Source: Callorhinchus milii
Lineage: Eukaryota
DNA length: 64,000 bases
Assembly (NCBI RefSeq): GCF_018977255.1
Contig: NW_024704742.1
Coordinates: forward strand, 67,892,001-67,956,000
Direction: 5' to 3'
The position numbers and the translations under genes were made by a program. The first letter of the stretch is position 1. Each line of letters opens with the position of its first letter. Below the pieces are notes generated by a model. It searched no databases. It was not told where the DNA came from and was given only the letters and a program-made list of their open reading frames with translations. This document shows positions 23,695 through 35,469 of this stretch, piece after piece.

Positions 23695-26434
23695 CTATGA
23701 AGTAACATTAAGATATTCCATCAATATTTTGGCGTCAGCCGCATGTCTGACACATGCAGACTCATCACCATGCTTAAGGGTATTCAAATCAAACAGAGTT
23801 CCATGCATTCCCCCATCACATGAAATTTCTATGGAATGTGCACTCTCTCCCTGGAGGGACGCATCCTACTTACCTAATTCCAAAGAATAATAATAATAAT
23901 CCTTGCATAGCGCCTTATCACATCTTCGAGACGTCTCAAAGCACTTCACAGAATATACCTTTGTAAGTGAATTGATTGTATATTTTGTGGGAGAAACACG
24001 GCAGCCAATTGCACACAGTGGTGTCCAACAAACAGTCCTGGATTGAGTGACCAATTTTTTTAAAAAGGCGCAGGTTGGCAAAAGCCAAGGCTTGGGGACT
24101 CCAGAGTGTGCGTTGGGGTACGGATGGAGTCTAACCAGCTAAAACTGCATAGTCTGCCATTGAGAGCACTGTCTGGCAAGCTTTCCCGCTGCTTGTCCAG
24201 GTACGACCAGTCAGCCCGTTAGGACTTTGGCTTACAGAGTTAATGGGAGCTGAATAGGATGAGTCCCTGCCCCTAGTGACTGGCTTCCCCCTCCAGGTCC
24301 TGTAATGAGCCAGGCTGGCTGTGCTGTCATCAGCAATGCCCTGGAGTACTGCAGACCCCCTTGGCTCAGGAACCAGACTACTGAGACCACCGCAGAGAGT
24401 TGGATCTATTTAAACAAACATGTCACTTTAGAGCCAAGGAGCTCCTCAGCTCAAGGAGACCCTGCTTACCTCCTCCCCCCACCCCCATGTCAGCAACAAG
24501 AGGCATAAATTGAGAATTATCACCAGAAAAAAGGGAGAGTTAGAACCTGTTTACTTTACACAGAGAATTGTGGACTGCCTTACCACAATAACTATTGAAG
24601 CTGAGTTCAGAATAACATTTTGAAGGGAAATGGTTAAAAACAGCAGTTACCCCAACACACTGAAGTTCCCTAAATCATGACTCTTGCCAACCTGCGCCTA
24701 ATACTTTCTAGAATTAGGTAATCAGGGTGTGTCCCTTTGGGGAAAAGAACACACATTCTATTCCAGCCAAAAGGGAAACTTCTATACGTAACTGGCATAC
24801 ATGCATGACATTTTCAATTTCATTTCAATACCCTTAAGCATGGTTTATGGGTTTCCCCATGATCGGCTGACCCACACAAAAATTAAATTCACATTAACGT
24901 GTACAGTTCCTACATTGCAAATTTGCACACTTTCCTTGCAGTAGTCAATATACTACACCTTAATCTTTGCCCGAATTGGTTACACTACTCGACTGAAAAC
25001 TATAAATGATCTCAACATTCACACACCTTAATTAGATGGGTCAGTGCCTTCCTTTCAGATTGTGAAAAGTCCAAGATTAACTAATTACTTTCAGGTCAGA
25101 GATTTCTGTATAGTGTGTGCATTGTGTTTTAAAAGTACTGAAACCGTAACATTGGCAAGTGTGCAATCATTTGTATCTTTACGGTTATTTATAAGGATGC
25201 AAATTTACACCAGTAGTTCCTGGTAACTACAGTGAAGGCTCAAACCCACACTTGTCGGATATCGAACAACCAACAAGTAATTATCCACCGGGGTGGGTTT
25301 GAGTGGGGGTCTCCTTGGAGCTGAGCTGGCAACGAAATGTTGGAATAGGGAGTCATCCCACTCAGCTCCTGCTATCCATGCAAGCCAAAGCCCTCACGGG
25401 TAGGGTGGTCCTAGCCGGACAAGCAGCACGAAAGCTTGCCAGGCAGTGATATCAATGCGGTTTTAGCTGGTTAGATTCCAGCAGTTACCCCAACACACAA
25501 TCCCAACGTCCTCAAGCCCTGACTCTTGCCAACCTGCGCCTTATACATTCCGACTTTCCAGAATTGAGTTAAGGAGGATGTGTCCCTCAGGGCGAGAGAG
25601 CGCATTTCATTCCAACAATCTCTCTCTGGAATTTCCATGTGTAGGAGGAATGAATGGGATTCTGAGCTTGGGTTGGATACTCTTAAGCACGGGGATGGGT
25701 TTCTGCATATGCCAGACACCCGGCTGACCAAAACAAAACGGTTATTTATATTTCACACGTGCCAGCCTTATAGTCACAAGGATATATTCCAAATAGCTCT
25801 TGAACCCTGAATTTGCTGAGAATGGAGGCAAAAATCGTCTTTCTAGCTACTTTTTTTTTAAGGTTAAATGGTTAATGGAGATCAAATTGGGATGTTTGGC
25901 GTTCTTCAATTTTCAGAATTCACAGTTGCTGTGAAGACAGCCTAAACATCCCACCTCACTAACATGGCTCAGGCCACTATGAAAGACAGACCACTAAATC
26001 ATATCCTGACTATGACAATAACATAGAACAAGCTGTTTTACAGCAGCTCTGTAAAGGACACAAAATGAAGGTGGCTAGTTTATAAATCTCTCATCACATT
26101 GATGTCTTAAAGCACTATAATGTCCATGTGCAATATAAACATCAACACAGACTAGTTGCATGAATAACTGCATAGATCCTAGAGACAGAATTATAGGGGG
26201 AAATATCAACATTGGCAAGATACTTTCCAATGATGCAATTCACATTGCAAGGACATCCATGTTACTGGCATGTGACATTATCATATTGAAAACACAGAGC
26301 TCTTCTGAGCTCCTTCCTCCTCTCTGCCCGCACCCTTTATATCCAACCATTCTTAGTGTTACTCTCTTCTCTCCATTTCACATAAAATTGTTCAAACGTT
26401 TTATATGAATTTTAAGATGAAAAAAAGTCATTAC

Positions 26435-26574
26435 TTGGACAAGCCATATCCCATCCTTAGTGTCCTCCACTTGCTCGTAGAAATGCATCTCACCGCTGAA
26501 GTTAGTGCTGGTGACAGAGTCTGAGGATTCCTCCTCCCGAAGTGCAGAATAAAGCTCACCTTCCATCAAATCAC
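26435..26574 (-). CDS. RNF103: RNF103 coding exon 2, 140 nt
   Basis: ctacag|GDLMEGELYSALREEESSDSVTSTNFSGEMHFYEQVEDTKDGIWLVQ|gtaatg. Confidence 0.96.
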
Positions 26575-26616
26575 CTGTAGTTAAAAACAAAGTCAACAAT
26601 TCTCTCACAGTGAACT

Positions 26617-26962
26617 TGGCACGCTCGCCTTGCAAGCGAGAGGACCTGGGTTCGATTCCAGGGCTGGGTGAAACCTTCAGCAAATTTCCTTACTCCACAG
26701 GCATCTGTTTACCCAGCAGTAAAAATAGTAACCCAGTTGTTAGTCGATTGGCGGATCGCTTTCTGGGGGGTAATTAGCCCTTTAAAAAATGTGGTTACTC
26801 AATCCACGACTGTTTATGGGACACTGCTGTGTGCAATTGGCTGCCGCCTTTTACCCACAAAGTAGTCAATCCCCTTTACAGTATATCCTCTGAAGCGCTT
26901 TGAGAGGTCTCAACAATGTGATAAGGCGCTATATCAAATACAAGAATGATTATTATTATTAT
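26617..26962 (+). mobile_element. SINE (long variant) about 40 nt from the RNF103 exon 2 acceptor
   Basis: B box GGTTCGATTCC, core and (TTA)n tail. Confidence 0.85.
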
Positions 26963-27207
26963 TAACACAAAAAGGCTAGCCCAGAATAGACTGCAACTGT
27001 ATGGATTGTTTCCCCATCATCTCACGAAGGCCACTGCCCCATCCAGGATATGGTTTCATGGGCAGGAATATGGTTTCTGTGGCACCTCTCTCAAATAGCA
27101 TTCTCCATATGAAAAGCCCAGAGAGCAAGCGTCAGTAGGCGTGTTCACCACATCAGGGGCATCAGGTAAACCTGATTGTGTTTTTATAGTGGAGTGGAGT
27201 TTATCAT

Positions 27208-27470
27208 GGAGTCCCGTATCGTAGCATGGTTAGCGCGCTCTCCTCGCAAGCGAGAGGACCCGGGTACGACTTCCGGGTGGTGCGAAACCTTCGGCATGTT
27301 TCCTTACTCTACACACCTGCTTACCAAACAGTAAGCAGGAACCCGATTGTTAGTTGATTAGCGGATCGCTTTCCAGGGTTAATAATCCCTCTCCCCGCAA
27401 AAATGTGGTCACTCAATCTACGACTGTTTGTGGGACACTGCTATCTGCAATTGGCTGCCATATTTCATCC
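27208..27470 (+). mobile_element. SINE (long variant), 3'-truncated
   Basis: tRNA-like head and core, no tail. Confidence 0.8.
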
Positions 27471-28899
27471 ACAAGCATTATAGAGAAATCAGTCAGAAGG
27501 AAAGCTTTAAAAAAATTTAAACTGCTTCATTTCTACTGACAATCTTTCATATTTCTATTGTTCTAATGACAAGACTAAATAACATTCCTATATAAAAATG
27601 ACACACTACAGTATCTTGAACCCCAGGCTCCGATTGTACAATTAACCTAACATTTTCTTACAGCAACTTTACCATCTTCATTTTGGAAATAATTGGGAGA
27701 CTATTTTAAATCCATAACGTGTGATATACACTTGTAATTTGAGAGAGATTCTGGGCTATCGATGTGTGTGGGGAGAGGAGAAGTAAATTAATTCCATCTG
27801 CTTTGGGGTTTCAACACAGAAAGGCTCCCGTGTGTGCAATCACTTCAAAGCAAATTAAGTTAGCTCCCTGTGGTCATCACAGTGAAGCAAAGTATAAATG
27901 ATTACCATATAGCTGAACAGAAACAGGTACTTACCTGAGACAGCTGCTGTACCCATATGCTTTATTACCAAACATGTACAACAGTAGCAAAACTGAATGA
28001 CTAGATAATAATAATCATCCTTGCATTTGATACCACTTTATCATGTTGTTGAGACGTTTCAAAGCACATCACAGAATATACTGTAAAGTCAACTGAGTGT
28101 ATTGTGTAGGCGGCAGTATCCCACAACCAGTCGTGGATTGAGTGACCAAATTATTATGAATGCTTTAATTATTATTTTTTTGAAGGGATTATTCCCCAGA
28201 AAAGCAATCTGTCAATTGACTTAACAACTGGGTTCTTACTTACTCCCAGGATAACCTCAAATGATTTCTATTTACCTACAATCTAATCCAAACAACGTAT
28301 TCCAATGTTCCATGGTGGCAGTTAATCCTTTCAGCAGACCTTTTTACTTTCAAATTACACGGCTAAAGGTGACGAATAGAAAGTGGAATTTGGCAGGGTG
28401 TTTTCTACATTACTAACCTAGTGTTACTATGTACAAAATAAACTGGTGCTGACACTAACCACAAGAACAGGAGGTTTGAGTCAGTTGCTGTATTAATTTT
28501 CCAGGGATTTTTTAACTACATTTTGTTTTACTTTGTCTCCACGCCTCTCCCTTTATGAGTTTTTCACTGTTCCTTTCGACAACTTGCCCTTCTAATCCAT
28601 TATTAGGTTAAACTGGTGCTGTGTTAGGTCTTTAAATAGTCTTCCACGATATAAAATTCAACCCGTAGACCAACACTTCATAATTTCCACAAAGATACTA
28701 TCATTGGACACATTGCAGACTTATTTACATTGTAATGTCTCAAAATCACTTCAAACGCAATGGGACTTTTGAAATATAAGTGAATATCAGCAGAGAGCTT
28801 TATTTCAGATGATGCTGGGAGTGTTAACTGGGTAAGAGAGAACACTCTGCTCTTCAACATAGTGCCATGGGATCTTTATCATCAATCTAAATCGATGTG

Positions 28900-29430
28900 T
28901 CGGCCTGGATCAGTGGTAGCACTCTCGTCTTTGAATCAGAAGGTTATGGATTCCAGCACCATGTTGGGACTTGGAAACACATAGTCTAAGCTGACACTCC
29001 AACAACAATTTGCGTCTCGCCATCCGGCACTCCAAAGCATTGGCGAGGATGCCTTTCATTGTTGGAGGTGCCATCCTTCCGATCAGACGTTAAATCAAGG
29101 TCCCATTTCATGTTGACGTAGAAGTTAAAAATCCCATGGCATTATTTGAAAAGAGATGGGAGTTTCCCTCAGTGTCCTGAATGACAATCCCACAAATAAA
29201 ATTGGTCACTCACTCCATGGCTGTTTGTGGGACATTGCTGTGCGCAAACTGGCAGGCAGGCAGGCAGGCTCCCCCCCCCACAAAACACAGACAATCCACT
29301 TTACAGTATATCCTATGAAGCACTTTGAAATCTCTTGACGACAACATAAAAGTCACTGCATTTGTGAAGTCACTTTGAGAAATTCTAACACTCGTGAAAG
29401 GCACTATAAAAATGCAAATTATTTATTTCT
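28900..29430 (+). mobile_element. Ancient Deu-domain SINE (SacSINE1/AmnSINE1-like), diverged
   Basis: GGTAGCACTCTCGTCTTTGAATCAGAAGGTT head, GCTGACACTCC, GGAGGTGCCATCCTTCCGATCAGACGTTAAA, ATCCCATGGCA and Deu core; a related minus-strand remnant lies at ~5290-5795. Confidence 0.65.
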
Positions 29431-29529
29431 AAATAGCTTAAGTTTTCAAGAGAACAAAAATCAGTTGTGAATCCAGCTCATTTTCACCTGTCCAGCAACC
29501 TAATGCACAGACATAAGGTAATAGAAACA

Positions 29530-29836
29530 TTCCTTGCATTTGATATAGTACCTTATCACATCATCCGGACGTCTCAAAGCGTTTCACAGAATATATTGCA
29601 AAGTGAATTAACTGTGTATATTGTGGGCGAAATGCAACGGTCAATTGCGCACAGCGGTGTCCCACAAACAGTCTTGGATTGAAGTGACCAATTTATTATT
29701 TTTTTTAATCCTTGAGGGATCATTTATCAGGCGTGTGGAGTGAGGAAACTTGCCCAAGGTTTCGCCCGGCCGGGAATCAAACCCAGGTCTCCCGCTTGCG
29801 AGGGGAGCGCTCGAACCCCTGAGCCGCAGGACTCCA
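29530..29836 (-). mobile_element. SINE, full length, diverged
   Basis: Head caggactccac at ~29836; core and tail recognisable. Confidence 0.83.
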
Positions 29837-29939
29837 CAAACTTGCATTTGTATAGCGCCACTCAAGCAGGATAATAATAATAATAATAATAATAATAATC
29901 CTTGCGTTTGTTATTCATCAGGGCGAGTGATTTACTTAC

Positions 29940-30165
29940 CGGATTTCTGCACCAGTTCCCGGACATCCTTCTTCTCGGGCAGGCCGGCGTAGCAGATGCC
30001 CCTGCACTCCAGGATGGTCCGCAGCTTCTTGAAGCTCAGGGCCACCGGGTCCACCAGCTGCGTGGCGAACACGCCGCTCTCGTACCACACCAGGGCCTCG
30101 AAGAAGCGGGCCAGCACGAAGAGCAGCAGGAAGTACAGCAGCAAGAAGCACAGCTTCAGCCACAT
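29940..30165 (-). CDS. RNF103: RNF103 (Kf-1, ER-membrane RING-H2 E3 ligase) coding exon 1, 226 nt
   Basis: MWLKLCFLLLYFLLLFVLARFFEALVWYESGVFATQLVDPVALSFKKLRTILECRGICYAGLPEKKDVRELVQKS|gtaagt; N-terminal hydrophobic segment. Confidence 0.96.
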
Positions 30166-30850
30166 CCTCAGGCAGAGAGACAGACAGACAGACAGAGACA
30201 GGGAGGGAGTGACAGCCACACACACTCACACACACACTCTCACTCACTCACTCACTCACACCGCCGCCGCCTCACAGCTGCCCCTGACTCGCACTCTGCA
30301 TCTCTCCCCCCGATAGGCTACACACCCCGACCGACCCGCGCGCCCCTCAAGCCGCCCTCAGCGGCCCCCATGAACCCTCTGCTCAACACACACCGCGGCT
30401 CACAGCAAAAGGCCCAGGCCCAGGCCCAGGCCCGGCGCGGCGCGGGGTTTGGTAAATAACAACACGGCCCGGGGTGGGTGGGGGTGCGGGTGTCGGACCT
30501 CGCTCTCGGCCGCCCTCAACACCGAGCGCTGAGCCACCGGCCTATCCTATCTCCCCACCCCCCCCCCGAGCTCCGCCTCCTCCCGCCCCGCCCCGCCCCC
30601 GCCGCGGTCACAGCGCCCGCCCGCCCGCCTCAGCCCCACCGTCCATCACCCCCCCGTAACCACGCAACCCGACCCCGGAGATCCCGCCTCCCCACTTCCG
30701 CCCTGCGCGCTCTGTGTGATGGACGGGTTGACGTCATCGAGGAAGAAGGCGCAAGCGTGACGTCACCGGCAAGACGCTGTCACCATTGGGGGCAGTGTCC
30801 CTGACCGGTCTGTGCCGCCTGTGCTGTGTACCTGGTGGGTTAGTCTGTCA
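29950..30850. promoter_or_regulatory. RNF103 CpG island / promoter and 5' leader
   Basis: GC-rich; GC boxes ccccgccc ~30580-30600, ETS CACTTCCG ~30693, TGACGTCA at 30729 and 30758; (GACA)n, (CA)n and (CACT)n microsatellites at 30172-30260. Confidence 0.8.
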
Positions 30851-30885
30851 CTGGGTGGGTGGCATCGTCGGCTGTTGGTATCACT

Positions 30886-31211
30886 GTGGAGTCCTGTAGC
30901 TCAGTGGTTAGAGCACTCGCTTTGCAAGTGAGAGACCTGAGTTCAATTCCAGGCAGAGGGCGAAACCTTGGGCAAGTTTCCTTACTCCACACAGAGCCTA
31001 ATAATAATCCCTCCAAAACAATAACAATAATAAATTGGTCATTTTCAATCTACGACTGTTTGTGGGACATTGCTGTGCGCAATTGGCTGCCGCGTTCGCC
31101 CACAAATATACAGTCAATTCACTTTACTGTATATTCTGTGAAGCGCTTTGGGACGTCCTCCCGACGTGAACAGCGCTATATCAAATGCAAGGGTTATTAT
31201 TATTATTATTA
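30886..31211 (+). mobile_element. Full-length young SINE with 8-bp target-site duplication
   Basis: TATCACTG at 30879-30886 and 31210-31217. Confidence 0.93.
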
Positions 31212-33012
31212 TCACTGGCGGGCTCGTGTCACTGTGAGGATGATGTCCCTGTTAGGATGATATCTCAGGCTGACGTCAACACTTGCCTGCAGGTTGACAC
31301 CCCGCTGCCAGTGATGCCGGCCCATCACTGTTTCCTGCCTGACAGTGACGTCACAAATCCCCTACCCTGCAAGTTCCCCGCTGGGCAACACATCTCAGCA
31401 TGAAATGCTTAAGAAGCACCGTGACCATCTTCCTGCCCTCAGCTCTGACACACATCCCTTCCCATTGAGCAATGGTTCCATCAGTCGGAGGTGCGGAACT
31501 TCAGCTGCTTATATTAATAATAATAATCCTTGCATTTGATATTGCACCTTATCATGTCTTCGAGATATCTCAAAGTGCTTCACAGAATATACTGTAAAGT
31601 GAATTGTCTATATTTTGTGGGTGAAATGTGGCAGCCAATTGTGGATTGAAGTGTTTTTTTTTAAAGTGTCTTTACCTTCAAACCAATCAAGGTGGATTCC
31701 AAGCAAGCTTTGGATGTACGAACACGTGTTCAGGAACTCGGACTCCGGGTAACACCTTCGCTGCCATTCCAAGCCTCAGAGTTTCCTCATCAGCATTTGT
31801 CTGCAGGTTGACATCACACTGCCAGTGACTTCAGTCTGCCAGTGACATTCACCTAATGAGGGCTCAAATCTCCATTTGTTGGAAGTCAAATGACCAACTA
31901 GTGACTCCTCTTCCGGGTGAGGTAACATGTTTGACAATGGAATGTCAGAACCGAGTTAACTCTCCGTGGTGGTCTTTGCAATCCGGTTCGTAAGCCAGGC
32001 AGGTCCGCCGCACTCCAGCGCACTGTTAATGACAGCACAGCGAGCCTGGCTCATTAGCAAGACTTGGAAGGGCAGCCCAGACACTGGGAGCACTCAGCTT
32101 CCATTAACCCTGCAAGTCAGCTGTAACAGATAGAATTATTCTAGCTAAACAAGCAGCAGGAAAGTTTGCAGACAGTGCTTTCAAAGGCAAGTATACTATG
32201 CGATTTTTGCTGGTTAGCTTCCAGCAGTACCCCAACGTACACTCTGGGGTCCCCAAGCTTTGGCTCTTACCAACCTGTGCTTAATATTCTCAGATGTTGG
32301 TATGTAGGATGCATCCCTCCAGGGAGAGAGTGCACATTCCATTCCAATAAACATCTCTGCGATTTCCATGTGGGATGCATGAAAATCTTAGTTGGGTTTG
32401 GATACTCTTAAGCATGGTGCTGGGTTTCCGCATGTGTCGGACACCCGGCTGACCCCCAAAAAACGTCATGTCACCATTAGGTTAATGTCACTGACAAGGT
32501 AGCGCCAATGAGGCCAGCCTAATGTCACTCGGATAATGCCTTGCCCACTTCCTCCACACTTTAAAGCTCGCCTTAAGACCAGTCTTTTGGTCATTTTTCC
32601 TTCCTACCCTCTTCAGCAACCCATCTACCCACCTCCAATACCACTAGCTCAGGATTCTACTCAGCTGTGTAAAGGCGGTATACAAATGTAATTTTGTGGT
32701 TATTGTTGTTTGAGATATCCTCCTGACATGCTTTTGTTTATGCAACATTGCTTGGTCCAAATAGAGCAACATCATATTTGAAGGGGCGCTACACTTCCAA
32801 AACACAAGATGTCCAATTGTGAGAAGAACCCAGTAGTCCACAATCAGCACATCAATCAGGGTAAGTTAGTGCAGTATATGAAATGTATATTACCTTTTTG
32901 GTTCTATTCAGTAACAACTCTTATCCTCAAATAAGCAGAGGCTTAAAACCAAAATCACTTCAAAGGTCCCAAAGCCTTTTAGGCTCTGCTATTGCCAGGG
33001 ATCCAGGACTCA

Positions 33013-33373
33013 TAGAGTCCTGTAGTGTATTGGTTAGATCACTCGTCTCGCAAGCAAGAGAAATCAGGCAGCGCGAAACTTTAGGGAAGTTTTCTTACTG
33101 CACGCTTCTTCCTTCCTTTACCTAGCAGTAAATATGAATCCGGTTGTTAGTCGATTGGCAGATCGCTTTTCCGGGAGTAATAATCCCTTAAAAAAAAAAT
33201 TGGTCACTCAATCCAAGACTGTTTGTGGGAGACTCCCTGTATGCAATTGGCTGTTGCATTTCAGCCAAAAAACAGTCAATTCAGTTTACAGTATATTCTG
33301 TGAAGCCCTTTGAGACATCTCAAAGGCGTAATAAGGCGATTCATCAAATATCAAATGCAAGTATTATTATTAT
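33013..33373 (+). mobile_element. Older SINE (long variant)
   Basis: Diverged head, core and tail. Confidence 0.8.
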
Positions 33374-35469
33374 AACGACTCGTATTGCCAGGGATCTATC
33401 TAGCTGTCGCTCTTCTTCAGATTCAGGCATCTTTCTACTATTCTTGGGATCCAGGCGTCATTCTGCCAAGTATCAAGGAGCACTCTTCTAATTACCAGTG
33501 ATCCAGGTGTAGCTCTGGTATTTCCGGGGATCATTTCTCCTTTCAGGGAGTTTCTAATCTTTGAATTCCACCTGCTCCTTGCAAAATAATGTTTGATTGG
33601 TTAATCGGGACTAAATAAAACATGTCAATTACTGGAGAAAAGGCTGCCTCAAAACCCGAGAACTACTGCAATGTCATCCTGGATACTGGCTGCATCTCTG
33701 GTTCAGAACTTCTCACTGCTCCCTCTCTTATTTACACTTTTTGATAGATCTCTTATGAGCCATAAGTTTTTAAGACTTTATCAGGTCTGAAGAGAACTCT
33801 GTCACTCCTTCTACATTGAGCATTTCTAATAATAATAATCCTTGCACTTCTAATAATAATAATCCTTGCATTTGAAATTGTAGCATTTAAAATAGTTCCC
33901 TCTTATGGGAAGATCTGTTCTGGCTTGCTGATAGCAAAATGAGCTGGAAAGAACTTCATCACGTCCCAATGTCTCAAAGCACTTTAGAGAATTAATGTTG
34001 AGTGAAGTGACTGCTTCTGTGTGCAAACATGGGGTTAGAATCTGCAACGTTTTACACTTTATCTCTCTAAAGTTGAGACAATTGAGAGGACCTCATAAAG
34101 GTGTTTTAAGATTATGAAAGGATTTGATAAGGTGGATGATCATAGGCTCTTTCCACTTGTTGGTGAGCCCCAGAGGGCATAACAATAAGCTAGCCAGTAG
34201 TAGATCTGATAGGGATTTTATAAGGAACCTCTTGATGCAGAGAATGATGACAATGTGGAAACTGTGGTTGAGACAGAAAGCATCAATATGTTTAAGCGCC
34301 TTGGGACATCCTCCTGATGTGAAAGACGCAATACAAATGTCATTTGTTGTTGTTAAGAGAAAACTTGATGTATACATTGAAGAACAAGGAAACATACAGT
34401 CTTCCTCCTCCCTACCTCCCTGACCTCCTAACCCCCTACCAACCTGTCCGCTCCTTCCACTCAGTCAGTGGAGTCCAGTCAGTGGACTCCGGCCTGCTTC
34501 ACATCCCCTGCCTTGCCTGGCCCACCATTTGCGGGTGGGAGGGCCTTCAGTCTCTCTGCCCCCATCTTCTAGAACTCCATCCCACAGTCCATCCTCGCTC
34601 CCTCCCTTGCCTCCTTCAAAATCCATCTCAAGACCCTCTTCAACCATGCCTTCGGTCACCCTCCTACCCCTACCCACCCTGCCCTTCATCCTCCCTGATC
34701 CCACCACCAGCTCGGGTGCGGATCTCTGATTGTCTAGTGCCTTAGGACGTCTCCTGACGTGAAAAGCGCTATACAAATGTAATTTATTGTTATTTTTTGT
34801 TAATAAAGCAATCTGCATTTTGACAAATCTCCGAATGTATTTCTTGAAAAATATATACATTTATATAGTACCCCTCTCACAGGGTAGCCACCAAACTGCT
34901 ATAGAGAATCCGGCTCATCGGCAAGACTTGGAATGGTAGACCATTCACTGAGGACTTTCCCACTCAGCTCCTGTTAACCCTGCAAGCCAAAGTCCTAACA
35001 GGATAGAGTGATCCCAGGTGGTCAAACAGCGGGAAAGCTTGCCAGACAATGCTCTCAGTGGCAAGCTATGGGGTTTTAGCTGGTCAGCCTCCAGCAGTTA
35101 CCCCAACACACACTCTGGGGTCCCCAAGCCTTGGCTCTTGCCAACTCGCGCCCAATAACTCTCTGGAATCAGAGAGTTAAACAGGATCCCTCCCTCCAAA
35201 GGAGAGAGCGCACATTTCCATTCCAATAATCTATCTCTGGGATTTCTACGTGTTGGGTGGGATGCATGGAGATCTCAGCTGGGTTTGGATACTCTGTAAG
35301 CACCGGGATGGGTTTCCACACGTGCCAGACACTCGGCTGACCAAACAGAAAGAGCTCTTGGGCTGCATTGCATTAGGGCAACACTTTAGTTGGTTGGTGT
35401 GTGTGTGTGTGTGGGGGGGAGAGAGAGAGAGAGAAGAGCCAATGGTGTGTCAAGTTGTCAATCAATGAG

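Noticed and set aside
25580..25810. Peptide ...ELGLDTLKHGDGFLHMPDTRLTK resembling an RTE thumb motif
   Set aside because: It lies downstream of the CCHC knuckle at the element's terminus and the frame is not kept across copies; not called coding, though a captured fragment is not excluded.
31781..31793. CTGATGAGGAAAC on the minus strand (and CTGATGAAGAAAC near 51240) as a minimal hammerhead core
   Set aside because: No stem II between CUGAUGA and GAAA; the sequence lies in the decayed coding part of the unclassified LINE.
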